Below, piece by piece: positions 11,550-22,381 of a DNA stretch of 48,484 nucleotides (position 1 is its first letter; every line of letters begins with the position of its first letter). The position numbers and the translations under genes are program-made. The notes below the pieces were generated by a model. The model worked only from the letters and a program-made list of their open reading frames with translations. It was not told the DNA's origin and searched no databases. This DNA comes from Asterionella formosa (taxonomy: Eukaryota), in assembly GCA_002256025.1 (NCBI GenBank), contig NKIB01014007.1:1-48484 (forward strand). The letters are read 5' to 3'.

Positions 11550-13081
11550 CGGCAGTCAATTTTAGGTTTGAGCAGCATGGACCATAGAGCAACGTCAGCA
11601 GTAGAATTTTCATGGGAAAAAGTTTGGACACATCAAAAATGTATGGACCACCGAATATAACGGTACCGGTATATGCATGAAAAATAGTCACACAAGAATG
11701 ATTGTAACAAGCATCGAAAATTCGACATGATGTTGTTAAGCAACCAAAGTATGAAACGGAAATCGAAAGGTAAAACGTGAAAATGACAAGCAGGGAGTAG
11801 AATAAAAAGTGAAAAAGAAAATGGGTCAGCGGAAAAATCATGTGAAAATTTGTCAACACATTTTCATTGCAATAGCCTTCATCAACATTCTGAAGAGGAC
11901 AAAATATGTTTCATAATTAAGATACTCGACCATGGCGGGAACTCAAATATGACAACAACAATCAACAAGCACATACCTGTCCTCTCTTCCTTGTTGAATA
12001 CGAGTTAATGCAGAAGACCGGTTCCATCATGTTCCAGCTGCTTTGTGGAGTTTGCAATAGCTCATTGAGATTGACGACTTTTCGTTTTCATTGGAGAAGA
12101 TTATGCAGAAGTAACAAAAGCAATATTGTGATTAGAAAGCAATGAAACAATACCATTGTAGAGCAGTGGAAAAAAGCCAACACATGAGCACTAAAACTTG
12201 CTGCCAAGATCTGATTTGAGATAGTGTAGAACACATAGAAAACATACGACAAAATTATAGTTAAAATTTAATGGCTGATCATATCTGACGAAAATACTGG
12301 TTCAATGACGAGATGGAAGCCTAAGTTTGACCTACCATAACGTTTCAAGTTTTGATACCCAATGACTCATTGAGGTTGCTTTTGAACAATCATTATTTTA
12401 TTTATCACTACATATAAAATCTAGAGAAGGAGTTGACCGGAAAGGCTATCGGAAATCAACAGAAAGGGGAACCGAAATTTTGGCGCCACTGTGACGAAGC
12501 AAGCAAGATGCAACAATATGAATCATATGAGAAGTCGAATTATCCAACAACCAGCCAGATCCATTTGATGAAGAGTCAGTACTTGAGACATCAATGACCA
12601 GATTTTGTACACATCGGAGCATGCTGGAAGATAGCAGGGATGTAAACAGTGGAATTGCCATCGACACTTTAAAGAAAACCATCATTTTGTGCCTTCATGT
12701 AGCTCCTCCTACTCTTGTCCAATTTCGGCAGTCGATTTTCCTTAAGTTAACGGCAGTCAATTGAGGGGCTATAGATATCAGTAATCAAATCCCTTAAATA
12801 AACGGCAGTCGATTTCGGCAATAAAATGTAGGGGCTTTTGAAAATATTGAAGGTAGTTTGGCAGTCGAAAAATGGAGCATATGAAATATACAAAATATGT
12901 TTTTATATGATGGGCAATTGCAGGATTGAGTAATCCAAAAACTGTACATATGAAATATACAATATATGTTTTATATGATGGGCAATTGGCTAGTTCGCAT
13001 CCAACATACAAACTATATAAAATAGGTTTTCAATGTTAACTGAAAGGGCAATGTAGTGGCGAAAAGCGGGCCGATAGCTAG
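11550..13081. repeat. Degenerate transposon-like segment with a recurring CGGCAGTCRAT motif and a ~43-bp local duplication
   Basis: Motif at 11550, 12726, 12751, 12803 and (partial) 12860. Duplicated CATATGAAATATAC..GATGGGCAATTG at 12878-12920 and 12947-12988. No intact ORF. Confidence 0.5.
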
Positions 13082-13115
13082 TTTGTGAATTGCCTAGGTA
13101 ATACCCTACTCGGGA

Positions 13116-13245
13116 GGAGTCTGCCTGCGATTATTCTTGTGTTCGAGGCTTGGGAGCTCGCAGCGCTGGGGGCGCCACTCGTTTGGTCAACCTACTTGCG
13201 CCTCCCAAGCCTCGAACACAAGAATACTCGTCGCAGGCAGTCTCC
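13116..13245. other. Long inverted repeat / hairpin (25-bp perfect stem plus 15-bp outer stem)
   Basis: 13132-13156 TATTCTTGTGTTCGAGGCTTGGGAG is the exact reverse complement of 13202-13226. 13116-13130 pairs with 13231-13245 with 1 mismatch. Confidence 0.9.
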
Positions 13246-13462
13246 ACCCTCGTCGGTCATGTACTACCTTCAGTAATTCGTCCTGTATGGTAGAGTGCTG
13301 GTACCAGGGTCTTCCTCACTCTCGGATACGAATTTCCGTGGAAGACCACACACCAAGAATAATATCAGACGAAGCCAACCTGTTTTGTTGCCTTTGCTTT
13401 TAGAGTTATTCCCCATAAAAAGTACTCTTTCCTACCAGGTACGACCTGGTACCGGTACCAAA

Positions 13463-13551
13463 GCAAGTTGCAGTAATTGTGCTGAAACTAAATTTTAGCT
13501 ATCTTTATTGTATATTAAATTATTTATTTAAGCCAAATGACCGAAACTTGC
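13463..13551 (+). mobile_element. ~90-bp MITE-like element, full-length copy
   Basis: Imperfect TIRs GCAAGTTGCAGTAATT..AATGACCGAAACTTGC around an AT-rich core TTTAGCTATCTTTAT. Related copies at 544, 17666, 17770, 26231 and 40916. Confidence 0.8.
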
Positions 13552-13899
13552 AGGTGAGCGATCCCGCTCGCCTACACCGGAGGGAACTCAGGCAACACCA
13601 ATCGAATACTTTAGTGTCAACCTAGGAGAATGAGTTGCACACAAGGATTAACTAATAAGCTCATATATTCAACAAATACTTCTAATTAGATACTTCACTT
13701 TGATGTCAAAAAGATTCCAATTTGAATGAAAAATGTTGATGTACTAGTACTCTCAAGTCCCAGTAGTCCTAGTCCCATTTATGAAGGATAACAACATACT
13801 AAACATCAAGACTCAGAACTCTTTGTTTATCCCTACCAGGTTGATGATTGGAATCTTTCAACCAATAGATGATCAATGGACACTCAGTGGAAGCTTGTT

Positions 13900-14400
13900 G
13901 ATTGATTTCAGCAAATCCTGTGGTATGGCTAACACATCATGCACCTTCAGTCCAGCAGATTCCATGCTTGTTCTCCTACTGCTACAAAAAGAACCCCACA
14001 GATATTGCCTTGTCTGACTGGATGAGTATTGCAATACTACACCCAGATCCTCAGTCCCATGACATTATCAACAAAGTCATGGTGATATCATGGCTGGAGG
14101 ATCACTATCTCCCTCATGATATCTTTGAGAGTCAGCATCAGTGGATGCTATGATAATACTCGATAAAATATTTCAACATGCTGCCTGGTGATAAACTTCG
14201 CTGTCTGTCTCAAGAACTTAAATAAGCTCCTCAAACTCATAATGTCTCATCCATAAGATCAGGAGGTCTTGGCCAAGGTTGAATGTGATTTACTTTATGC
14301 CCAATGTGTGGCAGCAGCAACAAGAGTTTGAATGGAACAATGAGAAGAGCACAAAACAAATGATTTTCTTGGTTTTGACTTACTTTGAGAGTCAACAATC
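13900..14400 (+). pseudogene. Possible decayed gag-like fragment of an LTR retroelement
   Basis: Interrupted frames give WLEDHYLPHDIFESQHQWM and IYFMPNVWQQQQEFE, reminiscent of algal Ty3/Gypsy gag segments. Many stops; no pol found. Confidence 0.3.
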
Positions 14401-15014
14401 ATTCAAAGATCATCCCAAGATCATATCAAGCACATCCTCAAGCATGAGTTCTACCATGACACAACATCATCTTTGCATCCCTGAAGGCAATTGTGTTCCG
14501 TTAATGCGCATGAATGGTGTCAATTTTCTAACACAAAAGTTTCTATATATTTGAAGTTGATGACAATCACATTATGCATCAGTAAAACAAGTATTACTAG
14601 TGTCTGTTTTTAACAACAGATTATTTTGCATTGTTGAATGCAGTTGTGTGATGCATCAAGAAAACAAGCATATCAAGTGTCAATTTGTATGCGATAATTT
14701 TACACGAAGTGGTAATGGCAGGGCACATGCAATTTTAATGCAGCCGGCCACACATTGTTGGATAAACACCATTTTATACTACAATTATGTATTCTAAGAA
14801 ATATGTGAAGAAAACAGCAAGTAAGTCTAGACATTTTGATTAAACAACATCCAAAAATGTCTTTGCTCTCATATCTGCTTGCTATCAGCCAATTCCAGAG
14901 GAATTAATCCCAAGGAGTTAAGTCACATTAGAGTTTGTGTTGAGTAACATGAGAGATTTATCTCACTTGCAGGATGCAGTATTGCCTATATAAAGAGGAA
15001 ATTCAAACACTGTA

Positions 15015-15407
15015 TTACTTATCCCCAAATTCTTTCCAACAATCTGTTTCTTTGGGACCACCTCCATTTATCACATTGGTAAAGCCATGGTCCTCCAAAA
15101 ACAATTTTCCACTTTGACCACGTCCGCCTCCACCACAATGAGTGATAATTGGTGTATCCAGTGGCACTGAGGGCAGTGGCATAGAATCGGTAGTTCGATC
15201 ATAGACTATGTGAATGGCACGAGGACGATGACTGGCAGATGGCAAGGCAGCCACATTGAGTGATTTGACATCACCTGGCTCCACAGTGGCATCTGGATTG
15301 CGCAAATCAATGACCAAGAGTTGATCACCAGCCGCTTGAACGAATGTCCGTAGTTCTTCAGGAGTGGCCACTCCGGCCTTTCTCGGTTCGGAAGGTGCTG
15401 TTGACAT
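15015..15407 (-). CDS. Single-domain rhodanese-like sulfurtransferase (copy 1, no presequence)
   Basis: 130 aa. IDLRNP, active-site loop HCGGGGRG, GFTNVINGGG. Close paralogue of 18337-18789. Confidence 0.88.
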   Translation of the reverse strand: MSTAPSEPRKAGVATPEELRTFVQAAGDQLLVIDLRNPDATVEPGDVKSLNVAALPSASHRPRAIHIVYDRTTDSMPLPSVPLDTPIITHCGGGGRGQSGKLFLEDHGFTNVINGGGPKETDCWKEFGDK

Positions 15408-15559
15408 TTGGAATCGTTAACTGTGGTCGAACTTGTTGCGTGGAGAAGAGGTGTTCAGCAAATAACTCTTCTGCCAGGTACCGATACACACAGCCGAACA
15501 ATTGAAAAATGTGCTGTGCAAAGCGAGGAGCACAGCAGGACTTTGCTTTTGAAACGTGC

Positions 15560-16030
15560 CAAGAGTACCAGGTATACCGGTACCAGTACCCCGGTATCTG
15601 GTAACCAACCAGTTAACTATTGTCTGATATCTTTTGATGCTTGCTTGTTTGCTGCTGATTGGTTGTTCCCTTCCCTGTTTCAAACGTCCCTATGCTGGTG
15701 TGATGGCCACATCAAGAAATCTGAGATCCGGTACCTGGTACCAGGGTACCTGGTACCCTGCTGAGTAAGATGGCAACACAGATACCCGGTACCTGGTACC
15801 GTCACTGGCATCAACGACGTCTTGTTTTTATGTGCACTACATACTGTACCACGTGTACCCGTACATAATGTTACAGCAAAGCGGGTACCAGGTACCAGTA
15901 CTCCATAATATCCAAACAAAAAATGTGCCCATGGTTCCAGTACCTGGTACCAGGTACCAGGTACCCCAGAGAGATCGTTTACTAGACAAAAAAATGGGAG
16001 AAACAAAACCTAAAAGGTACCGGGTCTAGT
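15560..16030. repeat. Dense cluster of GGTACC / CCWGG / ACCGGT palindromic motifs
   Basis: For example GGTACCTGGTACCAGGGTACCTGGTACC at ~15730 and GTACCTGGTACCAGGTAC at 15940. Similar clusters occur in many other intergenic regions. Confidence 0.85.
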
Positions 16031-16204
16031 TGCTATATCCTCCGAGCAATCACGGTTTAAGGCACAAAGATAATCGTAATACATGGAGGTTACACCAACA
16101 CCATCATGGATAGTGTTCAAACTTCTGACCCATCTCTTACTGTACTTTACCGCACTTGAAGACAGCAGGATTGCAAGCAAAACACTTGGTATTAGTTGGA
16201 AGTT

Positions 16205-17218
16205 TCATAAACTTTTGTCTTTCCAACCTTCCATCGCCCAGCTTAAAATTAAAGTTGCTGGAAGTGGCTTCGAAACGGGCCACACTTTGGATGGTGTTAC
16301 AAATGAAGGATAATTTCTTTGCAACATGGCTTGCACAATGACTCGATATTTCTCGGCTGTTGCCTGGGTCATGACTGTGGACACTCCAAATAAGGCCACC
16401 ATGTAAACCAACGACATCACACCATTGGTTTGCTGCCGACTGCACGTTTTGCGTTGTACCATGGCACGCCATCCCTTGGGCAAAACTTGTTGAATGCGAC
16501 TCTGAATTTCATGGCACTGGTATAGAACATCAGCAGAGTCTTCCTCCAGTCGCAACATTATTTGATAATAGCAATAGAGTTGGAGTTCCTCTGGAACTTC
16601 TTGGCCATCATTGTGCTGTTGTACAAACGTGTATAATTTGGTGTCCTTGTTATGAAATCTAAACTCAGCATCTCGGCTCTTGTAAGATGACGTTGGATAG
16701 GTAACATCAAAGTCATGAACCGCTGATAGGAGATATCCATGGCATGCCGCACATCGTGCTAATTGCCATGATTGATTCCATTGGTCTATAGTCACACAGT
16801 TTGACCCTCCTTGATGTTGCATGACTGCCAATTGAACTCTAGGTATTTCCACCAAATGAGCAGATTTCATAAAAGCTGTCATTAATTGACGATTCTTTTG
16901 AATATTCGTTTTTCCATTCCAGTGCGGGAAATTCCAATGAATGACATCCACAGTTCCACTCTCAAAGTGACGTTCCAAGACGGTCGCATCAACCCCAAAG
17001 CGAACTGTATGCCCATGATTCTGAATTAGTTGGGAATTCATGGATCCTCGAGTATACGTGTCATGATGCTGCTGTTCCGATTCCAGCACCGTGGCGATCA
17101 GTTGTTGCCCTGGAGACTGATACATTGGTGCCATCATTGCGGCGTAGGACAAATCACCATCTCCAACAATCAGGAGTCGCTCAGAAATCCGACTAATCGT
17201 GCTTAAAGGTCGTGTCAT
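16205..17218 (-). CDS. DUF2431 (Bmt5-like rRNA uridine-N3 methyltransferase) protein with a probable C-terminal ferredoxin-fold anticodon-binding-like domain (FDXACB1-like)
   Basis: 337 aa. LLIVGDGDLSYA, LIATVLES, FGVDAT and WNFPH are DUF2431 motifs. The C-terminal SLVYMV..Q pattern resembles FDX-ACB (weaker). Confidence 0.8.
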   Translation of the reverse strand: MTRPLSTISRISERLLIVGDGDLSYAAMMAPMYQSPGQQLIATVLESEQQHHDTYTRGSMNSQLIQNHGHTVRFGVDATVLERHFESGTVDVIHWNFPHWNGKTNIQKNRQLMTAFMKSAHLVEIPRVQLAVMQHQGGSNCVTIDQWNQSWQLARCAACHGYLLSAVHDFDVTYPTSSYKSRDAEFRFHNKDTKLYTFVQQHNDGQEVPEELQLYCYYQIMLRLEEDSADVLYQCHEIQSRIQQVLPKGWRAMVQRKTCSRQQTNGVMSLVYMVALFGVSTVMTQATAEKYRVIVQAMLQRNYPSFVTPSKVWPVSKPLPATLILSWAMEGWKDKSL

Positions 17219-17665
17219 GAGATATAGCTAGTCGAGATCGTGCTCGAGAGTGACGAGCCGCAATGAGGGAACACTAATTTGGAATATCCATCAATAACTG
17301 ATGGCGGTTTGACAAACAAAACCATGAAAAAATACACCGTACACATTTCCTGCTTTTTGTGATGTTTGAATGCGTACCTACCAATATAATTCTCCTTATA
17401 ATCTCCTTATAATATATTGGAGGGACTAGCGATATTCTCTGTACTCTGTATGTATGCATTACAGTTCATTATATTATTCAGGTGTCCCGGCATACCGGTA
17501 TACCGGTTGCTAGCTGGAGTACCGGTAACAGGTACCAGGTATCAGGGGTACCAAACCGTATTGCAGCCTTGTTTATATCTTTCATTAATACGATTCCATT
17601 ATTATTGTTTCTTTCTTTCATATAATTATATCATTGTTGTGGAGGCCATCGAGTCGTGCCTGCAG

Positions 17666-17854
17666 GCAAATTGCGGTAATTGTAATGAAGCAAAATATTT
17701 AGCTATCTTTATCCGATATGAAATCGCAAAATGACCACAACTTGCTTGTGCTGTACCAGGTGCCCTGGAGCGGTAATTGTGCTGAAACTAAATATTTAGC
17801 TGTCTTTATCCAATATTAAATTGTTTATTTAAGCAAAATGACCGCAACTTGCTG
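17666..17854 (+). mobile_element. Two tandem copies of the ~90-bp MITE-like element (17666-17745 and 17770-17854)
   Basis: Both carry GCGGTAATTGT..TTTAGCTRTCTTTATCC..GCAAAATGACCRCAACTTGC. Confidence 0.8.
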
Positions 17855-18336
17855 TTCAATGCCTTGTGCGGGTCAGGTACCAGGCACTCCTTCACAGGTG
17901 CCAGGTACCAGGGTAACGTTCTCGGATCACCGAATATACTCCTCTGGAAAGTCCTGTAAAACACTATTTTTACTTTGGTAAAGATTACGCTAAATATCTC
18001 GTTTTACCGGAAGCACCTGTTATTGTTCACTCGTCCCGTCAGTACAGTACCTGGTACCTGGTACTTCGATTTTTGCTGTGTCGTGCATTCGACAGAAATA
18101 TGAAAAATACATAGGTACTGTAAGTGGTCTACCATCCTCGTCATAACTCATCAACAAGTGGTACATACGTACAGCTGTACTGTAACAATCATTTTTCTTG
18201 TGCCCTTGTTCCCCTCACAAAGTTTTGTTCATTTTCAGCAGATATCATTTCGTCTTGCAAATTAAAAATTGCAAGCGACGACAGCAATTCATTGATAAGA
18301 AGTATGCAAATTTACTTTGTGTTCCTTTCCTTCTTC

Positions 18337-18789
18337 ATGCACCGACTAATTTTGTCCTCTGCTCCTCGTCAGCGATCCTTTGCTATTGCAACGACACGCT
18401 TCATGGCAACCGCCGAACCAAGAAAGGCCGGTGTGGCCTCTCCTGAAGAACTCCGGGCATTTGTTCAATCGGCTGGCAATCGTTTGCTGGTGGTTGATGT
18501 CCGCAATCCTGATGCTACTGTGGAGCCAGGTGATGTTAAATCACTCAATGTGGCTGCCTTGCCATCTGCCAATCATCGTCCTCGTGCTATTCACATCGTC
18601 TATGATAGAACTACCAATTCTATGCCACTGCCCTCAGTACCACTGGATACACCGATCATTACTCATTGTGGTGGAGGCGGGCGTGGTCAATTGAGTAAAG
18701 AATTTTTGGAAAACAACGGATTTATGAAAGTGTTGAATGGAGGTGGTCCCAAAGAAACAGATTGTTGGAAAGAATTTGGTGACAAGTAG
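18337..18789 (+). CDS. Single-domain rhodanese-like sulfurtransferase (copy 2, with putative mitochondrial presequence)
   Basis: In-frame ATGs at 18304, 18337 and 18403. MHRLILSSAPRQRSFAIATTRF is Arg/Ser/Thr-rich with no acidic residues. The mature part has HCGGGGRG and closely matches 15015-15407. Confidence 0.85.
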   Translation: MHRLILSSAPRQRSFAIATTRFMATAEPRKAGVASPEELRAFVQSAGNRLLVVDVRNPDATVEPGDVKSLNVAALPSANHRPRAIHIVYDRTTNSMPLPSVPLDTPIITHCGGGGRGQLSKEFLENNGFMKVLNGGGPKETDCWKEFGDK

Positions 18790-19344
18790 AAAATTTAGCA
18801 CTAGACAAGCGAACTTTCACCATTATTCATTCAAAAATGCAGTAGCATGTTGTTATAAACCATTAGGGTGATCTTAACAGAGCTACAGTATAATTTTTAT
18901 TATGAGTCTTCACAAATATATCTCAGTAATGGCAGGACAAGAGAGTCATTTTCTTTGTGTCGTCCCAAACATGCGCATCACCCCCAGACTAAAAAATCAG
19001 CAAAACTACTTTTATGTGGTTGAACCACTACTGCTGTGCATCATCACCACTTTTCACCTGTATCCAGTGTTGCCTGTCAAGACTACTGATGCTTATAAGC
19101 ATGTGGTCACAATTACTTCACTTGTGCCTTGGCTCGTGATGAAGAGGCCAAGGAGCGCATGACAGTCCTCGCAGAGGCGAAATTATGCCTGATATCATGG
19201 CAAAATTGATCCTAAATTTCGAAAAATTCGACATGAGTTTCTTAGGGCATTCATTGACAGAGGCCTTGTTACCACACGTTATGTTAAATCCTCCTTACAC
19301 ATAACCAGTGGTTCTATCCTAACTTTTTGTATCGGCTTTCTACC

Positions 19345-20111
19345 ATTGCTGAGTCCTACCAAGCAAGCAATTGTATGTAAATGAATTTTTCTGGAACAAC
19401 CCTTGTAGCCCCTCTGAATATCTCTCTTGTTGTAGCTCTTTGTTTTTCAGTTCATTTATAAGTTTGTCCTATTGAGCGAGCGACTTGGGCGTTGGAAAGT
19501 CTAATCTTGTGTTCTGTTTTACCAAAAAGGAGTTCAACAAAGACTTGAAGTCAACCATCAGAGTTGAGTTTGCAACAAATACTGTGATGATTGAAGATAA
19601 CAAACTATTCAAAGCACAGATCTGGGATAGCGCCGGTAAAGAATGGAACCAAAGTATTGCTATTTTGTGCCTTTTTGGTATATGATGTTATAGAGGACCG
19701 AAAGTCATTCAACCACATAATCAATATGGTTGAAGGAAGGCGAAGATAATGCCGAAAAGTATTGCTTGATCATGTTGGTTGTAAATAAGACTGATTGCTT
19801 GGAATGACCAGCCAACCGTATTTGTCAGAGATGAGCGATCCTTTGCTCACAAGAATGGCCTTGCATTGATGGAGATGTCAGCCTTGAACTCCACTGGAGT
19901 TAACACAGCTTTTCACAGAATTATCCAAGAAAATTTACAAAACAAAAATGAAATAGTAAATTAAGTCAGTCAACGCGAGCGAAGGGAGAGGAATCGGAAC
20001 ATGATACGTGTGGGAGGGCAATTTCAAGGAGGCCATGGTCAAGTGACAATTACATTATCTTCACCAGAGCCTGATCAAATTAAAGCACAATAGGAAGGAT
20101 TCTGTGGCTAG
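19345..20111 (+). pseudogene. RAB11: Rab11-like pseudogene (unprocessed)
   Basis: [82 protein letters not shown] recovered across frameshifts and stops. Apparent intron GTATGT..TTTCAG at 19373-19450. Confidence 0.85.
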
Positions 20112-20892
20112 ATTGGCCACACTAATCAGGATTTTATTGTATGCAAAGAATTAATATCAAAAATGGAAGCAGCAATTTCTAAGCATTCGCACAAAGTCTT
20201 GCTTACTGTGTGTCTTGGAAAAGTAGGAGTTGATGTTATTGCATCACTCGCACAGTTTATTGTAGATTCTAAAAAAAGCTTCCGATAAATCTGATGCCAT
20301 AGCTCGACATTTGCTGATACTTGATGCAGGGGTGACCAAAATACTCGAGGCAACAACTGCGCCAAGAAGGCGAGCAGACTGTCATGTTCTCCTTCTTGAT
20401 TTTCTGACTGCTGCTGGCTAACTTGAGATTACGTAGCTCAAGCTGGATTCGATTTGCCTCTAAATCAAGGCGCTTCTCTTGAAGATTTAGATTTTTTTAT
20501 CAAACTCAATCTTCTTTTACTTTGCCTAAAAAACTTGAATAGCCTCTCCTTGATGTTGCTCACAGCGAAAGCACATCTATCCATTCCTGAGAAGGCGAGA
20601 ATTCAATCATTATTTTCATGCCATTGCTCTATGAGAAAAGCAATAACAAGAAGCGCAACTTGTAAATGCTGCAATTAGTATTGAAACCATAATGATATGA
20701 GTTGCCATAATGATAATGGCTGATGATCTCTCCTCCCAAAATTCGTTTTCATTGTTGCTATTAGATATAATAAAAATGATGTCTTTTTTGATTAATTTAA
20801 TTACATGACATAAATTATATTCATAAAATAATTGTTGCTTAACATTGTACCTGCAGAGATACACAAAGATGCACAATTCGGAGCAACAAAAA

Positions 20893-20952
20893 ATTCGTTA
20901 CTGGAACGACCAACATACCACCATTCGTTACCGGAACGACCAACATACCACC
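20893..20952. repeat. Tandem duplication of a 30-bp unit
   Basis: ATTCGTTACYGGAACGACCAACATACCACC x2, 1 mismatch. Confidence 0.9.
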
Positions 20953-21608
20953 TGGATGCTTGAGATACAAAAAAGTGGACAGAGCAACTTTTTAAAATTT
21001 TTGTATCTCTGTTAAGATCGGCCCTTTTACAGTGTTTGTTACTAGGAAAGAAACAATGCATTAGAAGTCCTGAACTGTGTGCAAATTATATTTGAATGAA
21101 TTGAATCCCTGCCGCTGCATGGTAATTCCGTTATTCTCCTTGTTTATTGCGTGCTCTTAGCAATGCAACAGTTTGTTTAGATATAAGGTATAATTTTTTA
21201 TCAAGGAATCAAATATAAACAAGGGAAGCTGAATTTATCACTCTCATGATGCTTGGTTAGTAGTCAGTTAAGATATTGAGTCATGATGGTGGTCCACTGC
21301 TTGGTGACTTTGCAACGATTTTAAGAATGGACATGAGAAATCACATTAGATATGTTGTTAAAGGTGGTTGCTGAATTATTACTTACATTGACTTTGGGAG
21401 TTGTATATTTTACAGGTGCACTTGTTGATTGATTGGTTGGTATCTGTCCTTGGTTGGTGTTTAGTAGGAAGCTAGCATCACTCCAGGGAGTTGAATGAAC
21501 AAAAGTATTATTCATGTTACTGATCACAGAGATGAATGGTTTCATGGTTGGTATCAGAAACATGAGATTTGGCTGACCTGGGATGTTAGGTGACATCTCT
21601 ATTACAGT

Positions 21609-22381
21609 CTATGATAGTGACTTGCTAACAGCAATTGAGTTACAAGATGGAATGTGCAAGTACCAGGACTTGCAGATTATGAGGTCTTCTTCCCAGTATC
21701 CAGGCATGTAGTCCTTGAAGGGCTTTTCAACTCCAACATCCAACACTTGAAGTCTAGAAGTGTATCCTGGGAGGACATAATCAGCCTCAGTGCCGCAATT
21801 TTTTAATTGCATTGACACAATGTCCTAGTGAACAGTAAAATCATCCATTAGAATGTCAGAAAGAGTCTTCAACTAGCCTTCAAACTCAGCAGCACTTTTC
21901 AAAGAGTGGCCCAGGTGAGCGATTTTTTTCATCAACACTTGCCTTTGAATCAAAAATTCTTTCTGCAGGTGAATCTCCGCCACCACTGTCAGAACCACAA
22001 CCATTGCACCATCCAGCATAGACTTCCAGCTCTGGATATGCTCTGGCAGTTGCCTTGATATTGTTGGGCTTACTGTATGCTTCCGCAACAATATTTTGCT
22101 TCTCTCTGAGTCAGAGAGTTTTATGACAATCCAAGTCGTAGAGCATACACAAACTATTACACCATGGAACAAGGTACAGAATTGTACACACTCAAGAAAT
22201 TATTGTTCAAGTCATTACGAAATTTGGACACACCAGAGCTCCAAAAGTAGAAGTTCAATTGATCCTAGAAACCGTTTGGACCTTTATAACAATTTTTGTT
22301 TTTCACGTTTTGGACTATTAAAAATGGTGGTGAAGTTGGTTTGCTCACGATGTTTCCGGGCCAAAATTGATTTATGTCTTG
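21609..22381 (-). mobile_element. Degenerate pogo/Tigger-type (DDE_1) transposase remnant
   Basis: Minus strand reads LMDDFTVH*..LPGYTSRLQVLDVGVEKPFK, matching the DDE_1 D..H and P..TS.LQ.LD.G...PFK motifs. A decayed HTH-like segment lies upstream. Stops and frameshifts present. Confidence 0.75.

Noticed and set aside
13116..13245. tRNA, SRP RNA or spliceosomal snRNA
   Set aside because: GTTCGA is present, but no cloverleaf, SRP helix-8 motif or U-snRNA signature could be built.
13034..13674. Solo LTR (TGTT...AACA)
   Set aside because: Flanking 5-mers differ (TTCAA vs AATAC), no TGG primer-binding site follows, and there is no second LTR in the window.
15408..16029. Short ORFs rich in VPGTRY/YLVP (also at 17417, 30659 and 46505)
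   Set aside because: They are translations of the GGTACC palindromic repeats, not genes.
18124..18303. Long N-terminal extension of rhodanese copy 2
   Set aside because: It begins at GTG. The first ATG is at 18304.
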